A DNA stretch of 64,000 nucleotides, taken from the NCBI GenBank assembly GCA_013239625.1, contig MU053881.1:8951957-9015956 (forward strand), read 5' to 3'. The DNA is from Lama guanicoe. Lineage: Eukaryota. A program made the translations under genes and the position numbers. The notes under the pieces are model-generated. The model saw only the letters and a program-made list of their open reading frames with translations, was not told the origin of the DNA and did not search any database. Positions 23,244 to 36,863 of the stretch are shown here, one piece after another. The first letter of the stretch is position 1; the number at the start of each line of letters is the position of its first letter.

Positions 23244-25459
23244 ACTTCCAAGAGGTGTGCAACTTCTATGCTCCGGTTGCTGCTTCTGGACCTCATAGAA
23301 GGAATGGCGACAGGATAGCATCCCTGAAGCCTTGAGCTACTTCCTCTGATGTGGGGGAGGCAAACATCAATCAAATAGTTCTCTGTGCAGGCATGCATGC
23401 GTGCACGCACACACTGGTCAAGTGAACTGTGATAAAAGCTTCAGAAGAAAAGAAGATGCAGTAAGAGTGGATAAGTGTGAGAATTAACCCAGAGCGATTG
23501 TGAAAGACCTTGTTTAGGTCCTGGTAACGGAGCTCAGAGCTGCAGGATGAGCAGGTGATGACAGAAGGGAGGGGCAGGAACACTAAGCAGTGCAGGCAGA
23601 TCTCACGTCAGAACCCTTGGCAGAACATGCATTTTTGTTTGTTTGTTTGTTTGTTTGTTTTTAACAAATTGAGCGTTGGTGGCCACGCTGCGTGGAACAG
23701 GTCTACTGGAGCCATTTTTCCAATAGCATTTGCTTGCTTCCTGCTTCTGTATCACATTTGGTAATTCTCACAATGTATCGAACTTTTTCATTATTTTACT
23801 TGTTATGGTGATCTGTGATCAGCGATCTTTGATGTTACTACCACTACTCATTGAAGGCTCACACAATGGTTAGCATTTTGTTTTAAGCAAGAAAGTATTT
23901 TTTTAGCTAAGGCACATACATTCTTTAGACATAATACTATTGCACACTTAACACACTATACTGTAGTGTAAGTGTAAGTTTTACATGCACTGGGAAACCA
24001 AAAAATTCCGATGCCCTGCTTTATTGTGACACTGTTACCTACTTCTTTCTCTGTCCTTCCAGCTCTTCCAGAGCTTACTCTATTTCCCACTAATTTGCCT
24101 CTTACTGTATACCACCATATCGACCTCAGTATCCAGAACACAGAAGGAATCAACAAATACTCACTGATTCATCTCTAACCGAGAGCATGGCAAAAGCATG
24201 CTGTGAAGGACTCATCCAAATGTAATTTTTTTCCCCATCTTCCCACCAAAGGAGTTACTAATGACTTGACCCTCCTAATGGCCAACCTTTCCCCCAGGAC
24301 CAAAACAACGTATTTCCCTTTGAGGTTTACCAGCAGAAGCAACCGTTTTGAAAGAAACACGTGTAATTTGTCATGCCTGGAGACAATGTTTGTTTTTCTC
24401 AAACAGCCGTTTTATTTGGCAAACATGCACCACTTGAAGCATTGCTACAATGCGTGTTTGTAGAAGCAGCTTCAGATTTTATCTGGGTTCTGAGTGGACT
24501 GGTGGGTGACACAGCTACTTTAATATATTCCTCAATTAAATAGGTAGATAGAAATAGAATTTAAATATTCAGGAATAATAATTGTTGGGGAGAGGAGCCC
24601 TAAGCGATATTCCTCACTGTCTATCATATTTCTATTCTTATTTCTCAAATTTAGGGCTTATTAACATTTTTCTAATATTTTTTCTCCAAGCGAGCAGAAA
24701 GGTGAATATAGAAGTGAAACTAAAGAGTAACAAAGTTACGTTACACGGCTCTCTTTTCATACTTTGCACCCTACTTGGTCATATTTGCACACCTCTTGAT
24801 GATTCTTAAACATACACTGCAGTCTGAGAGACAAAATAGTATTTATACATGCTTTTATCAAAGAGAAAAGAAAAAGAATGGCTAAGAAGAGATAGAAGTT
24901 GAAAAGTAACAGTAGATATTAAGGATTTACCATCACCTGTCACGTGTGCTTATGCAGTGACTGTAGTCATCCCTCTCCTTTAATCCTCAAAATCCTCCCA
25001 TGAAGCTGTTATGATTATAACCCCCACTTTGCAGAGGTCCAGGGACTTGAAGTCACGTGTCCCAGATCAGACCATAAGAATTGGTGGAACCTGGTGTCCA
25101 CCTGATTTCAAAGCCCCAACTTGACGTGACCCCAGCCCAGAAGGAAAGGTGAGAATAATTCATTTCAGGCCACGATGTCATTCTGTGGAGGGTCCAACAG
25201 CAAGGAAAGACCCCTTCACCCCTACCTATTTCTGAAAGTCGGTAGGAATGCGTATTTGCCGCTCATCCTGGAGAATTCGGGAAGTGTGGGTGCACGAATG
25301 AAAGATTTTCTTCCCCTGCACACTTTCTGTGCAGCAGGACTCAGGGAAGGAAGATGACGACAAATTGGAAAACTCAGTCAGAGACAGAAACCTCAGAGGA
25401 GAAGGCCCTGCAGAAACCCGTGAACACACCACTGGGCTTACAGCAAAGCTCTCTTCAAA
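23244..25459 (+). repeat. Tandem segmental repeat, copy 3 (2216 bp)
   Basis: Begins acttccaagagg, ends ctcttcaaa, then unique tgctgacacc; length = 2209+1+6. Confidence 0.97.
23593..24036 (+). mobile_element. Tigger1 derivative, in copy 3
   Basis: Duplicate of 19224-19660. Confidence 0.8.
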
Positions 25460-28189
25460 TGCTGACACCGACATTATCACGTAAATGCCTGTTAACAGAA
25501 CAATGCCTCGTGGGGGTAAAAATGTGCCACCTTAAAAAACAAAATAACAAAAAAACAAGGCAGCACCGACCTCCAGGCAGATTTGTAGGACCTCCGGTAA
25601 CCATTCCCGGACAGCATCATGTTCTACGGAGTGAAACACCAGCTCTGGAGGAAATCCCTAAACTTAAGGATGTAGACAACTGCTCTTTGTGGCTCCTGAG
25701 GAACTATTAGAGTCAGTGAAGGAGACAGAACGTGTCGTCCTCAGGTCTTCAGCATCCCTCTGGAGCCACACGTGGACCACCTCATCTCTTGATGCTTGCT
25801 TCTGGTTGGGATGCGTGCCAGACACCTCTCTGCAACTGTCACCAACGCCACCGGGGAAGTCGGTGGTGGAGCAGAGAGAATGTTCTTCCTGCACGTGCCA
25901 GCATGCTCTGCCTTCATGCCCAAGTTGTCCCCAGGAGACACATAATGACCTCCAAGCCAGAGGTCAGTGGCTGACCCTTGACTCACACAGGTGGCCTGTG
26001 TAGGTCCTAATGACACCATCATGACAGTTACTCTGTCCTTTCCTCAAAGGAAAAGTGAGATGAGCAGCACATGAAGGAAGGTTCTGGGCTATTACAATTT
26101 GCTTAAACCAGGGCGCACAAATTCACAGGCCTAAAGCACCTGGTTTGATTCCAGGAACGAGACTGGCCAAGGGAAATCACAGCCTCTTGACCTGTTTCTC
26201 ACGGGTCTGCTTTTGACAGAGGCATGCAGATAAGAAACAGGTCACTCTCCTCTTCACCATAAGAAAAACAGTATTTCAGCCTTGATGACAAAGGCAAGTG
26301 ACCCCAATCCTCACTGTTGGGAAGACAACATAGGGGGATGGGGACCAAGGCCCCTGGGAAGTGTAGGTTCCATCCGAAGGGTCCGCTGCCCTGGCACATG
26401 ACTGATGTCACTTGGGGGTGTGGCTCAGAGATCTGACTGTCTGATGTTTCAAAAGCAGTTAGAAATCTAGACATTTATTTTGTTTTGAATCCTAGCCACT
26501 AACTACAAATTTTCTTAATTGCTACGTAGGTCACAGAAAAACAGGTTTGCTCCCTTCAACAGTAAGAGAGGGCCAAAAACAAGGCTACAACTTGCCTCCT
26601 GATTCCTAACCACAGATTTTGGGAATCCCTGGTCATATTTAGGGTTCCAGGCGTTTTGCTTGTGGGCTAAGCAATCATCATCTTTGTTGATTTATTTACT
26701 ATATATCTATCAATCATTTACTATCTATAAAGCACTTCATTATATTCTGTGGAATATTTACATATTTCTTATGTAGGGTGCATGGGTATCATTATATATA
26801 AAATCCACAGATATACAGAAGTTCCTGCATGTGCACATATAAATGAGACAGTCCACGTTTTTAGGAGTATACTATAAAGAGAAACATCTGCACAAAATTG
26901 GAATATGATGGCTAAAACATCACTAGAGAACTTTTATTAAAGACCTGGGCTTTGCTGGATGAAATCTAAGGGTATTACACAGACGCTCTGCTTACACACG
27001 TGGGGTGTACAATCGAAGCCAAATGCATCCTCGTGGGCAGTTACCGATAACGTATAGACACACAGATAGAGAAAACTTCGGCAGAGATGCGACTGGCCAT
27101 GAGATTCTGAGTCATATTCTAAGGGTTGGAGTGAAAAATGAAGGCCAAGTTCTATTTTTTCAGCAGATTACAAAAAAAGGCAGAATCAACGTGGTCAATG
27201 AATGTCTGCTCTGGCAGAGATGGAGAAACAGTTTTGATACGGAAAGCATCTGATGGAGAAGCTGTGTTTTCAGACAATGTTTGGCTGGTGGATGGATGAC
27301 CACCTGTGGGCTCTGGGCAAAGGTCTTTGCAGAGATCTGATAAGGAGAAGGTTAGAGAAAGGACGGCTGAAAAGTGGCTTGGAAACCGAGGACCGCCCCT
27401 TGACACCCGTCTTCCCACTGTTGGGAGAGGTCCCGCTGATCGCGATTCCCACAGGCTGGTGAATGACAGCAGAGGGGCCAGAAAGAGGGGCTACAGGAAC
27501 CCCTTCCCGCATACTTTGCCAGGCCCGGGGACTTCAGCATTTATGTTTCCAGGTTTGCTTTTGGGGCCCTCGCTGTCTGAAAGCCCATTATTCCTCTCCC
27601 TATTTTGCTTCCTCTGTGTCAAAAAAAAAATAATGCTCTGGCAGTTGGAGGAGGCAAGTGTGCGCATTTTCGAAGTAGGAATCATGCAGAGTTGAACATT
27701 GCTTTACCCAAATAAAACTTTTTGCTTTCAGATTTTTCAGTGGGCATGTTCCTTTTTTTAGCTGAAAAATTTTCTGGTCTGTATTAACAGCTTCTTTCAC
27801 CCGCTTAGTCTGTCCCGTTTCGCCAGCTGTGGACCCAGCCAGTGTGATTTCTTTTGTGCCCGGCTTTAAACAGTCTTAGAAACAGACCGTATTCTGCCAT
27901 CAATCCATGCAGAGAAATCGCCCTGACAATGAATGGAGCCTCTGTGCAGGAATCAAAGCCAGGGCACGGCTTCATCATATCTTTTTTTTTTTTTTTAAGT
28001 CTGCTTTTTATTTTGTCTGTTATTAACAAAAAATACACTCAAAGAGCTGAGACAGAGGTTAAAGCAAGAAACGAGGAAATGAGAAACTCAACTTCCGTGA
28101 TGTTATTTCTTGCCTCTGTAAACTGTAATAGGATCTAGCCACCTTTCAAAATATTTCAAGTGTGAATACCTGGATAATTACAATAAAAA

Positions 28190-28345
28190 TAATGCTGCTT
28201 AACACTGATTAAGCACATATTATGACTCAGGCACTGTGCTAAGTACTTTTTAAAAAATGTAATAATTTTCTACAATAGGAAATGTTACTAAAGCCCCATT
28301 TTACCCCACTGGCAGTAGGATTTGAACTAAGGTGGTCTGACTGCA
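28190..28345 (-). mobile_element. MIR fragment
   Basis: taacactgattaagcac..caggcactgtgctaagtacttt..ccccatttta..ggatttgaact...gtctgact. Confidence 0.65.
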
Positions 28346-28358
28346 GATAGCATATTCT

Positions 28359-28390
28359 TTTATATATATATATTTTTTTTTAATTGAGGT
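28359..28390 (-). mobile_element. 32-bp retroinsertion (L1-like 3' tip plus A/TA tail) with a 15-bp TSD
   Basis: Perfect direct repeat cagatagcatattct at 28344-28358 and 28391-28405; the insert on the minus strand is acctcaattaaaaaaaaatatatatatataaa. Confidence 0.8.
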
Positions 28391-31300
28391 CAGATAGCAT
28401 ATTCTCAACTGTTTCTCGAAACTACCTTAAAAGAAGGACCAAAGGATATTCTTCTTCATGACAAGAAATAGAAGCACCCACTACGTTGGTTTATGAAAGG
28501 TAGCTGGCCAGAATCTAAGTAACACAACCAGAAAGAAACAAAGAAAATCCAAATCAGTTCATGAGAATGCCATCATTAATAACAGGGCTTTCACAACGGC
28601 CAAGTGACCAGGAAGACAGCAGACACGTGGCCCGAGGGCAGCCCAAACTGGCTGGCCGGCCCCAGGGCAAATGTTGCAGCTCCTCTGGGCTACCCGATTC
28701 CTCGGCCCGCACACCACGGAATGAGGGGGCTGCGCTGTGTGGAGAGGACGGGATCTGGGGAGAGGGTGAAACAGGCGTCAGTCCACAACGGGTCTGCTCC
28801 CCGCACTGGGGCGCTCCCGCTTTCAGATGCTATACAAGTTACAACCAACAATCCTACTTTTACCTCAAAACCTACAAGTCGGACAGAGACGAGGCAAAGG
28901 AAAATAAGGATTTCCAATGGTTGCAACTATTTGCTTAGAAATTATCTTTGAGGCCAATCTTTGATTATTTGCCATTTTGACTCAGTAATGCCTTCGTGCA
29001 ACCAGGGAACATTCAGGCACGATGCTGGGCAAGGGGGATGCGGTGCTTGCTCAGTGAGACTCAGCATTCTTCTCAGAACTGCGCCCAGCACCAGACACCG
29101 CAACACTATGCAGCAGGGGCGAGGAGGGCAGAGCTGTGGCAGCCGGCCCACGTGGGCTTTGGTTTTGCTGCCCCTTCCGCTATGAAGGGTTGCTGCTAGA
29201 CTCCGTCTCCCAGCTTCACCTGCACCCGGGTGGAGTCACGTAACTCTTCATGGAAAAGGGAGAGGAAGTGATGGGTCAGCGATCTGGAAGGTGGTCCTTT
29301 TCCTATGGCGGGATGGAGAGGATGCTGCTGATCAAAGAGAAGGCAGAACCAACAACTGGAAGGAGTCTGGGCTCCTGAATAGTTATGGAGAAGGCTGGCC
29401 CTGTGGCATGGGACTATGATGCGAGTGAAATACACATTTTTGTTCTAAGTGAAGCGCCTGGGGGAACCCAGGCTGTTCTAATTCCACAAGTAGCATCACT
29501 TTAACTAACACGTGACCTATAAGCAAAGCGTTGCTGAAGATCGATTCTGTGATGCACCATTTTGACTCTTCAGAGACCTAAATATGTCCTGTATTTTCAA
29601 GATCTTGTTTGGCATTCCAGTGTTGCTTGTACACAACGTTAATACGGACTAATAAACTCATCATAACCACGAGTCGTAAATCAGATGCCTTTTATTCTTG
29701 ATGAAATAGATTCAATCCAGGAAATAATTTTACAGATTCCTTTACTGTAGATTAATCTACGGTTCCCATGTTCTAAGGAATTTCTAATTCAAAGACTCCT
29801 TGGGGGTAAATCACTTGAAAAAGGAACACAGCAATACTTCCCATGAGCTAAGCCCTGCGCTAAGACCTTTTTATGTATTGCGTTATTTCAACTCATCTCA
29901 CAAAAATCCTACAAAGGAGGATCCTGGAGCAGAGCATTGGCTCAAGTCCACAGAGATACTCAGTCGGGTCCAGGATTTGAATTCATTGCCTGACGTCTAC
30001 TGTGCACGTGTTTTCTCAAACAGCGTAGTAAAAAAGAACACCGCGACTCACTGTTGGCAAAACAGAAACCTCCGTGGACTCTGTCCACCGCCGATGATTT
30101 GTATTCCTATCATTGCCACGGGAAAGTCAAAAGAATTCAACAAAAAGTTAATATGAAAGCTACTACTGTAAAAGGCTTCTATCAAGAACAAAAGAGGAAC
30201 GAGTATTCATCTGAAATAAAAGATCTATGCTACGACTCCCCCTGGCCACAGGGCTGGTAGACTTTCTCAACTGCCACCAACAACCCTCTGGGTTCGCTTT
30301 AGAGGCCATCTGTCCCACACTTCCAACTCGTGTGGTTTGCAACTCGTGGGTCATCCGCATTCCCAGGCGCACAGAAGTCACCCGACCCCACCATGGTCAA
30401 GCAGAGCACCTATTCCTTTGGCCACGGAGGTCAGGAACAGGCGGGCCCCGTAAGCTAGGTCACGCAGACCTGCGGAGACTCAAGGACAAGCCGAACTAAT
30501 TAGACTCCTGGAACGACTGGAAAATGAAAGCCTCTTCACTGTTGAGATTGCAAGGAGACAGGATGAACGCCTGGAGCTGCCTGGGGGACAAAGGGAGGGA
30601 GGGAAGCATGATTGATAACCATCTTGCTTCCACTGAGAGGCAGAGAATGGAACCGAACAGAAGAGATCCAGGATGGGAACCCCCGCAACCAACTCTTCCT
30701 GAACTTTTCTATCCTCTCGGTCAATACGTTCTTTTCATTCTTGTTTCTGGCTACACTGGAGATTGGAGTTCTCTCACTTGCAATTGTATGGACACTGAAA
30801 AGAAAACCACTTCATTACTAACATCGAGGGAAAGGAAACATAAGCACCGATGCCTTAAAGAAATCAGCATGCAAAACTTAACAGTGGTTTAAGACCAACA
30901 AAAGAACTGGTCTGCTTGGGACAGGGCTTAGATCTCATGGCTCCCCAGAACCCAAACAAGAACCTCGAACAGCCTGTGCTCCCAGTTTGGTCCCTGGGAA
31001 TAATCATCTCTATGCTCTGTGAGGTTGGAGTCTGGAGAACATAAAGTAACAATGAGAAAATATCTAACAAAGTACACTGAGTAAGTGCTTACTAACGTAT
31101 GTGAAAGGAAGGAAGGGAGAAAACAGGAAGAGGGAAAGAAGGGGTTAACCTTTGCATTGGAGTCACTGGAAATTGTGCCCCCCGCTCCCCAGTACTGCGT
31201 TTTGATGAGTTCAGGGAGCTCTCAGAGCCCCACAAATTCCAACCACCTAAGCCCCAGGCTAAGGCTTCTGGGTGAGAGAGACGAGCTCTGAACAGAGCCC

Positions 31301-32313
31301 GCAGGGGAAGCATGTCTGTCTACTGTTTTTGCTTGCCCAGTTCCCATCCCCTTCTTTTAAAACAGTGTCTCAGTCTGTCTTCCTCATTCCCAGGCAGGGA
31401 GGGTCACTGGGGAGACGCCACCTGCAGTCACCGATTCCTTTCCCCATGGCCACGCTGACTGGCTTAGGGAAGGGGGCGTGACCCCAGGTTATTCTGAGAC
31501 TCAATCTTAGAATTTGGTTGTGTGCAGCCATGAAGAAAAAGCAGCTCTACCCACAAGCTGGTTGGGTGGTCAAGCCTAGAACTACTGGGATTAATCTTGT
31601 CATTACAAAGAAAAGTCTTCCTCAAAATAAGGGCAAGAGGGAAAAAAAAAAGGGTGGGAGGCAAGGGATGAAGAAAGTGTAGCTGGTTTGGGCAGCTAGA
31701 TCTAGGCATGCCTTCAGCTAGGGTTTCTCTGTTGTCGTGGGAGGCAATGAATCCCCCTTTCGTTTTTGCTGAAGCGAGCTGCAGTTCAGTTGCTGACATT
31801 TTTAGGGAAGAGAGTCCTAATATTCTAGGCAGTATCGTTCCAGGGAGCTTGGTACCTGAGGTGTGAGCGGCTGGCTCCCCCAACGGGAAGTTGAACTTCA
31901 AGCATGCCATTTGGTAATGGCACCAGGGATTTAAAAAAAGAAAGAAACGTGAGCAGAGCTGAGATTCCTGCATGTGACACACTGGGTGGGTAGTTTTAAC
32001 TTCTCACGCTCTAAGTTCCTTCTTCTGTGAAATGAGGAGTGAGACTCATTCAGGGGTCACCAACAGCAGGCTTTTGGCAAAGATAACCGATGAGTATGTT
32101 CAGCCATTTTATCTCCTTACTTCCTGGCATGACATTTGCCTACTTACTTTGTCTTACAAAGCATTAATTGAGCACTTACTGTCTTACACCCCCCTCTCTG
32201 GGACCTGTAGACACTTGAATTTGTAATCTCTTGACTAATTTTCCCTTAGGGCACATCAGCACCATCATCCCATGTTTCTATCCCAGATCTGCCTGCTTCT
32301 GAAGTCTGAATTT

Positions 32314-32926
32314 CAAAAAGACATATGCACCTCAATGTTCACAGCAGCACTGTATACAAGAGCCATGACATGGAAGCAACCTAAATGTCCATCAACAGAT
32401 GACTGGCTAAAGAAGTGGTGGTATATTTATACAATGGAATACTGCTCAGCCATAAAAAAGAATAAAATAATACCATTTGCAGCAACATGCATGGACTTGG
32501 AGATCATCATTCTAAGTGGAGTAAGCCAGAAATAGAAATAAAAATACCGTAAGATATCACTCATATGTGGAATCTAAAAAAAAAAAAAAACAAAAAAAGG
32601 AAAAAAAGGGACACTATGAACTCATCTACAAAATAGAAACAGACTCGCAGACACAGTAAACAATCTTATGGTTACTGGGGAAAGGGGGTGGGAAGGGATA
32701 AATTTGGGAGTTTGAGATTTACAAATGTTAGCCACTATATATAAAAATAGATTATAAAAAAAGTTTCTGCTGCATAGCACAGAGAACGATGTTCAATATC
32801 TTGTAATAACCTTTAATGAAAAGAATATGAAAATGAATATATGTATGTATATGCATGACTGGGACATTGTGCTGTGCACCAGGCATTGACACATTATAAC
32901 TGACTGTACTTCAAAAAAAAAAATTA
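32314..32926 (+). mobile_element. 5'-truncated L1 (ORF2 C-terminus, 3'UTR, poly(A)) with TSD
   Basis: ORF 32272-32535 contains KDICTSMFTAALYTRAMTWKQPKCPSTDDWLKKWWYIYTMEYCSAIKKN (L1 ORF2p end); TSD aagtctga(a/g)ttt at 32302-32313 and 32927-32938. Confidence 0.93.
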
Positions 32927-34464
32927 AAGTCTGAGTTTGTAAGTCTGGCCATTTATTATGGCGGGACAGCCCCAAAGAAGGACGGACGTGGGCTAGCACA
33001 CCTGTCTGCTTAAACTTCTGTCAGGATCCTAAGAAGTTACCTTCCTAGGGATTATCCTATTGATGAGAGGCCTGTTCATGCATTCAAGACGTGGATGGTA
33101 TCGAAGCATCCCACAGGGCCTGTATCTTAGCGATCAATCCATCTGACTTCTCTATTGCTTTCCCTTTTCCTGCAGGGCGGGGAAATCAATTGTGTGTTAG
33201 CTACTCTCTGTCTGAATCCAGGGAGCCTGGGAATTGAAATGCACATTGTTTCATTAGCTCCATCAGCAAGGAAAAAAAAAAAAAAAAAAGGAAAGAAAGA
33301 AACTTCCTTAAATGACTTCACCAAATGAAGTGTATATTAATAGATAGTTGATTTATCTTTCCATGACACTGAGGAAAAACAAGAGAAATTAAAAAAACCC
33401 CAAAAAGCCAACCGCCACCAATCCCCTAAAACCAATGCCCACATTAAATCATAAGATATGATATCCAGAAATGAGAGTGGGCTGGGCTAGGAGACCAGGA
33501 GGAAAAAACTCTGTATGTACATGAAATCTGTATACACACATGCCTTGACAGACTGTATAGTAGGGGGGAAAAAAAAGAAATTCTATTTTAAGTTTAGATA
33601 TGTGAAATTTTTTCCTGTTAGTTCAGATTGGCTCAAAAAACCACGCAGGGCTGCATTAATGAAGATTAAGTATATTTAGAGAGAATAATTCAGAAGACTT
33701 TATCAGTTTGGCACTATTTCCTTCAAAATGCAAAATCCCTAATTTAACAGGATGTAGATGAATTCCTAGATTTATTGAAAACGTTTGGAGTTGAATAAAT
33801 GGAGTAGGAGTCAGAAATCATTTGTCTCTGGTATTTTGGATTCTCTGTCTTGAATTAAAACCCAAATAACACAAACTCTCAGTTTGGGGTGGTGTTCTGA
33901 AGAGAAACTGGTACACACTTCGGTATTTCCTTCCAATGCATGACAACCCTGCTAACCTGCTTTTCACCCCTTTTTGGAACAAAAGAATTACAGTGACAAA
34001 TGCAAATTGTGAAATCTCATATTCACTGGCTGGCTGAGAGGAAAACCTAGTTTTCTGTTTCTCTGGTACCCAGAAGGCGCCTACTGCCTCACGCTGGAGA
34101 AGGTTAAAAGCAGGTGAGCAGAGAATACTCGGACTGCAAACTCCCAGAAGACAGAAACAACGCCATCCTTGGTCGATGCCTGGATAAGCAATCACGAGTT
34201 TATGTGACTTTAACATACGACTTAGCCTAAAACCCAAGGATGAATGATCTTCTCTAAAACCACTCTTCCTGCTTTAAATGATCCAACACAGAAGAGAAGT
34301 AAAGTAGGTAGAGGAGGAGGAGAGGGACAAAAAGGGGAGACACGAAGCTGCAAGAATTAAGCTTTGACTGTGTGCATCCTATGGGCTAGACTGCCCACGA
34401 GTCAATTCACACACACTGTGTTACTAATCTCTGTACAAAACCAAAATGCAAAGCCTTCAGGCCA

Positions 34465-34600
34465 TTATTATTTTTCCCACCATTTTACAGAAGAGGAAAC
34501 TGAGGCTTGAGAGACTCGGCAATTCTGTCCAAAATCTAAACACTAATAAGTGATGGAGTCAGAACTATAATTACACAGTGACTTGAGCACCTGTTCTCAT
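34465..34600 (-). mobile_element. MIR fragment
   Basis: ccattttacagaagaggaaactgaggcttgagaga is the MIR core, reverse complement. Confidence 0.8.
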
Positions 34601-36863
34601 AACTATCGCTACCACTCTGACACTGAGGGCGTCCTGCCCACTGTTTTCTGTTGAATTCACCCTGAAGTTGGTTGCAGAAAACTCCACCATTGTTATCCAT
34701 CCGTGGGCCAGTTAGGTTCACCCCATGGTTTACCCAGGTACCCCCGGACTCCTCCCTTTCCTTCTCAGTCACAAACTGATACTCATCATACACCAGGAAG
34801 AGGACCACATCCATAAGCTTAACCCTGGTCTTGCTAGATCCGTGTGATTTTTCAGCGGAACCCAGTGATGTGTTGGTAGGCAAAAACCTTTCATGTGTCA
34901 GATGACATTTTTGTGATGTTAGAAACGTCATGGGGCTTTGGACTCGTGACCGTGCTCGTCCTCAGAAGGCTGGAAGCATCTCTGTAAGGTCAACGCAGAG
35001 GAAGAGGCCGGGCTAACGAATGGAGGCGATGCTTTTGCGTTGGTGGAGTGCCTACTCAAAGCAAGCTACTCAAGAGTGGCTCCTCCTCCTCCTCCGTCTT
35101 TAGCACACACAGCCGTGGCATCTAACTGCGTTAATGGGTTTCTTGGGGATTGGAACTGGAGCTGTGAAGGGCTTGTTAGACTGGGGTTCAGAAACCCTTC
35201 CTTGTGAAATGATGTGTACCCTGGTACCCAGCAGTGTAAGCCACTGCCAGTGCAGCTCGGGTCTGCCCCGTGGCGTTTGGGGCTCATCCACAAACATGCC
35301 TCACCCATGCCCAGCACAGCCCCAGCCTGGCCCTCTCCGTCTCCCCGACTAACGTGACCTGATCCCTTGGACTTGCTGGGTGAGCTGAACTGAGTTTGTG
35401 CTGATGAACAAAATCATCCTGGGGGAATGAGGGAAAAAAAAAAGCAAGCAAACAAAAGCAAAAGCAAAAAAATGTATATATATAACAATAATCAGGGTTT
35501 TAGTCGGAGCTGGTCAGTGTTTCAATGTCCACTGCGAGAAAGGAAGCCGAGCTTACACCCAATTTCAAAATCATCATCCTTTCCCTGTGCTCTGAAAATT
35601 AAGCAACCCTCCCTCCCCCATTTTTAATGGTAGAAGCAGCGAGTTGGTCAGATGATCATAAAAAGTTCATGCATGTAATGGTGAGAAATACGGTGGGAAA
35701 AGCCGCTGTTGTCCAGCAGAAACCTGGCCGCTGAACTTCGCAAGCAGACCCTGTGCTCGAGGAATCTGACAGCTGCTTGACTGATTCAACCTACATTTGT
35801 TTTATTTTTTTTAATCCAAAGCAGCCTTCCCCCATGATGTTCATTTCTTTTCCGCCAGCCGTATTTTAAGCTAAGGTGGGGAAAATTAAAAGCCACTAAT
35901 TCCTTGGTGAAAAGATCAAAAAAGAACCCAAAAGGCAGCTGAGGGGACTTTTTGTCTCTTTAATTGCTCTCATTTCAGTTTGACTGCTCCCTTGTACTTT
36001 TTTGTTTTTACATCTTTTGCTCCAAGTGCCAAAAATCTCCTTTCTCTTGCAGTTACTGTAAAAGCAGGTTGGAGAACAATATGCCGTGAAGAGCTGAACT
36101 TGGAAATGATCTCGGGGCCTTACTGAGGTGGGGTGGGAGCAGTCTCCTGGCCCAGGACTGCACAAGGGGCATCTTTATTATTAGACGAGAGAGAGCTAGC
36201 TCGCTCAGGTCATTGGCCAGTTCGTGTTTTGAAGGCCAAGTCTGATGAGCTAGGCTATTGGTTAGTAATTCAGAAGCCTGTTATTAATGATACAGAAACT
36301 TGGAATCAATATAGAAAACTCTTAATCCACGATCTTCATAAATTCTTTCCAGATGGTCAAGGCTTATTGCTTGAGCTTAGAATGACCATACACTCACCCC
36401 ATCCCCTTTCATTCACTCTTTGCATTCCTTCGAACTAAGTCACAGTATCTCTAATTAAATGTGCTTATGGCTTAGAACTAGACTCTAAGGAGGCAATGAG
36501 TAAGAAAGATGATGAAAGAATGCTTTCTATATATTAATTCCAGGCTCCCATAAACATTCTTTTCTTTTCTTTTCTTTTTTTTGCCTACCTCCTTCATATA
36601 CTATTTTGTGTTTTTCTTTACCATCATATTTCCTAGTATACAGTATCATTGACTTAATATTTCTTACATCAATTAACTCAGTTATTTCACTTAAATAAAT
36701 GTATCTGGGGGGGGAAACTTTGTTACTTTACAACACAAGGAAACTTTACAACACTACGCCACAAATCAAAGGTAAAAGCAAACATAACAAAAAATATGAG
36801 AAACAAATGATCGGAAACAAAAGCGTTTACAAATTCTTACAAATGCTACTGCCAGCGAGCTGT

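Noticed and set aside
19002..25480. Identical ORFs recurring three times as a tandem gene family or operon
   Set aside because: They are a by-product of the DNA triplication. Several lie in Tigger1 sequence, and copy-specific indels shift their frames.
32272..32535. 87-aa ORF as a host CDS
   Set aside because: It is the ORF2 C-terminus of a truncated L1 insertion.
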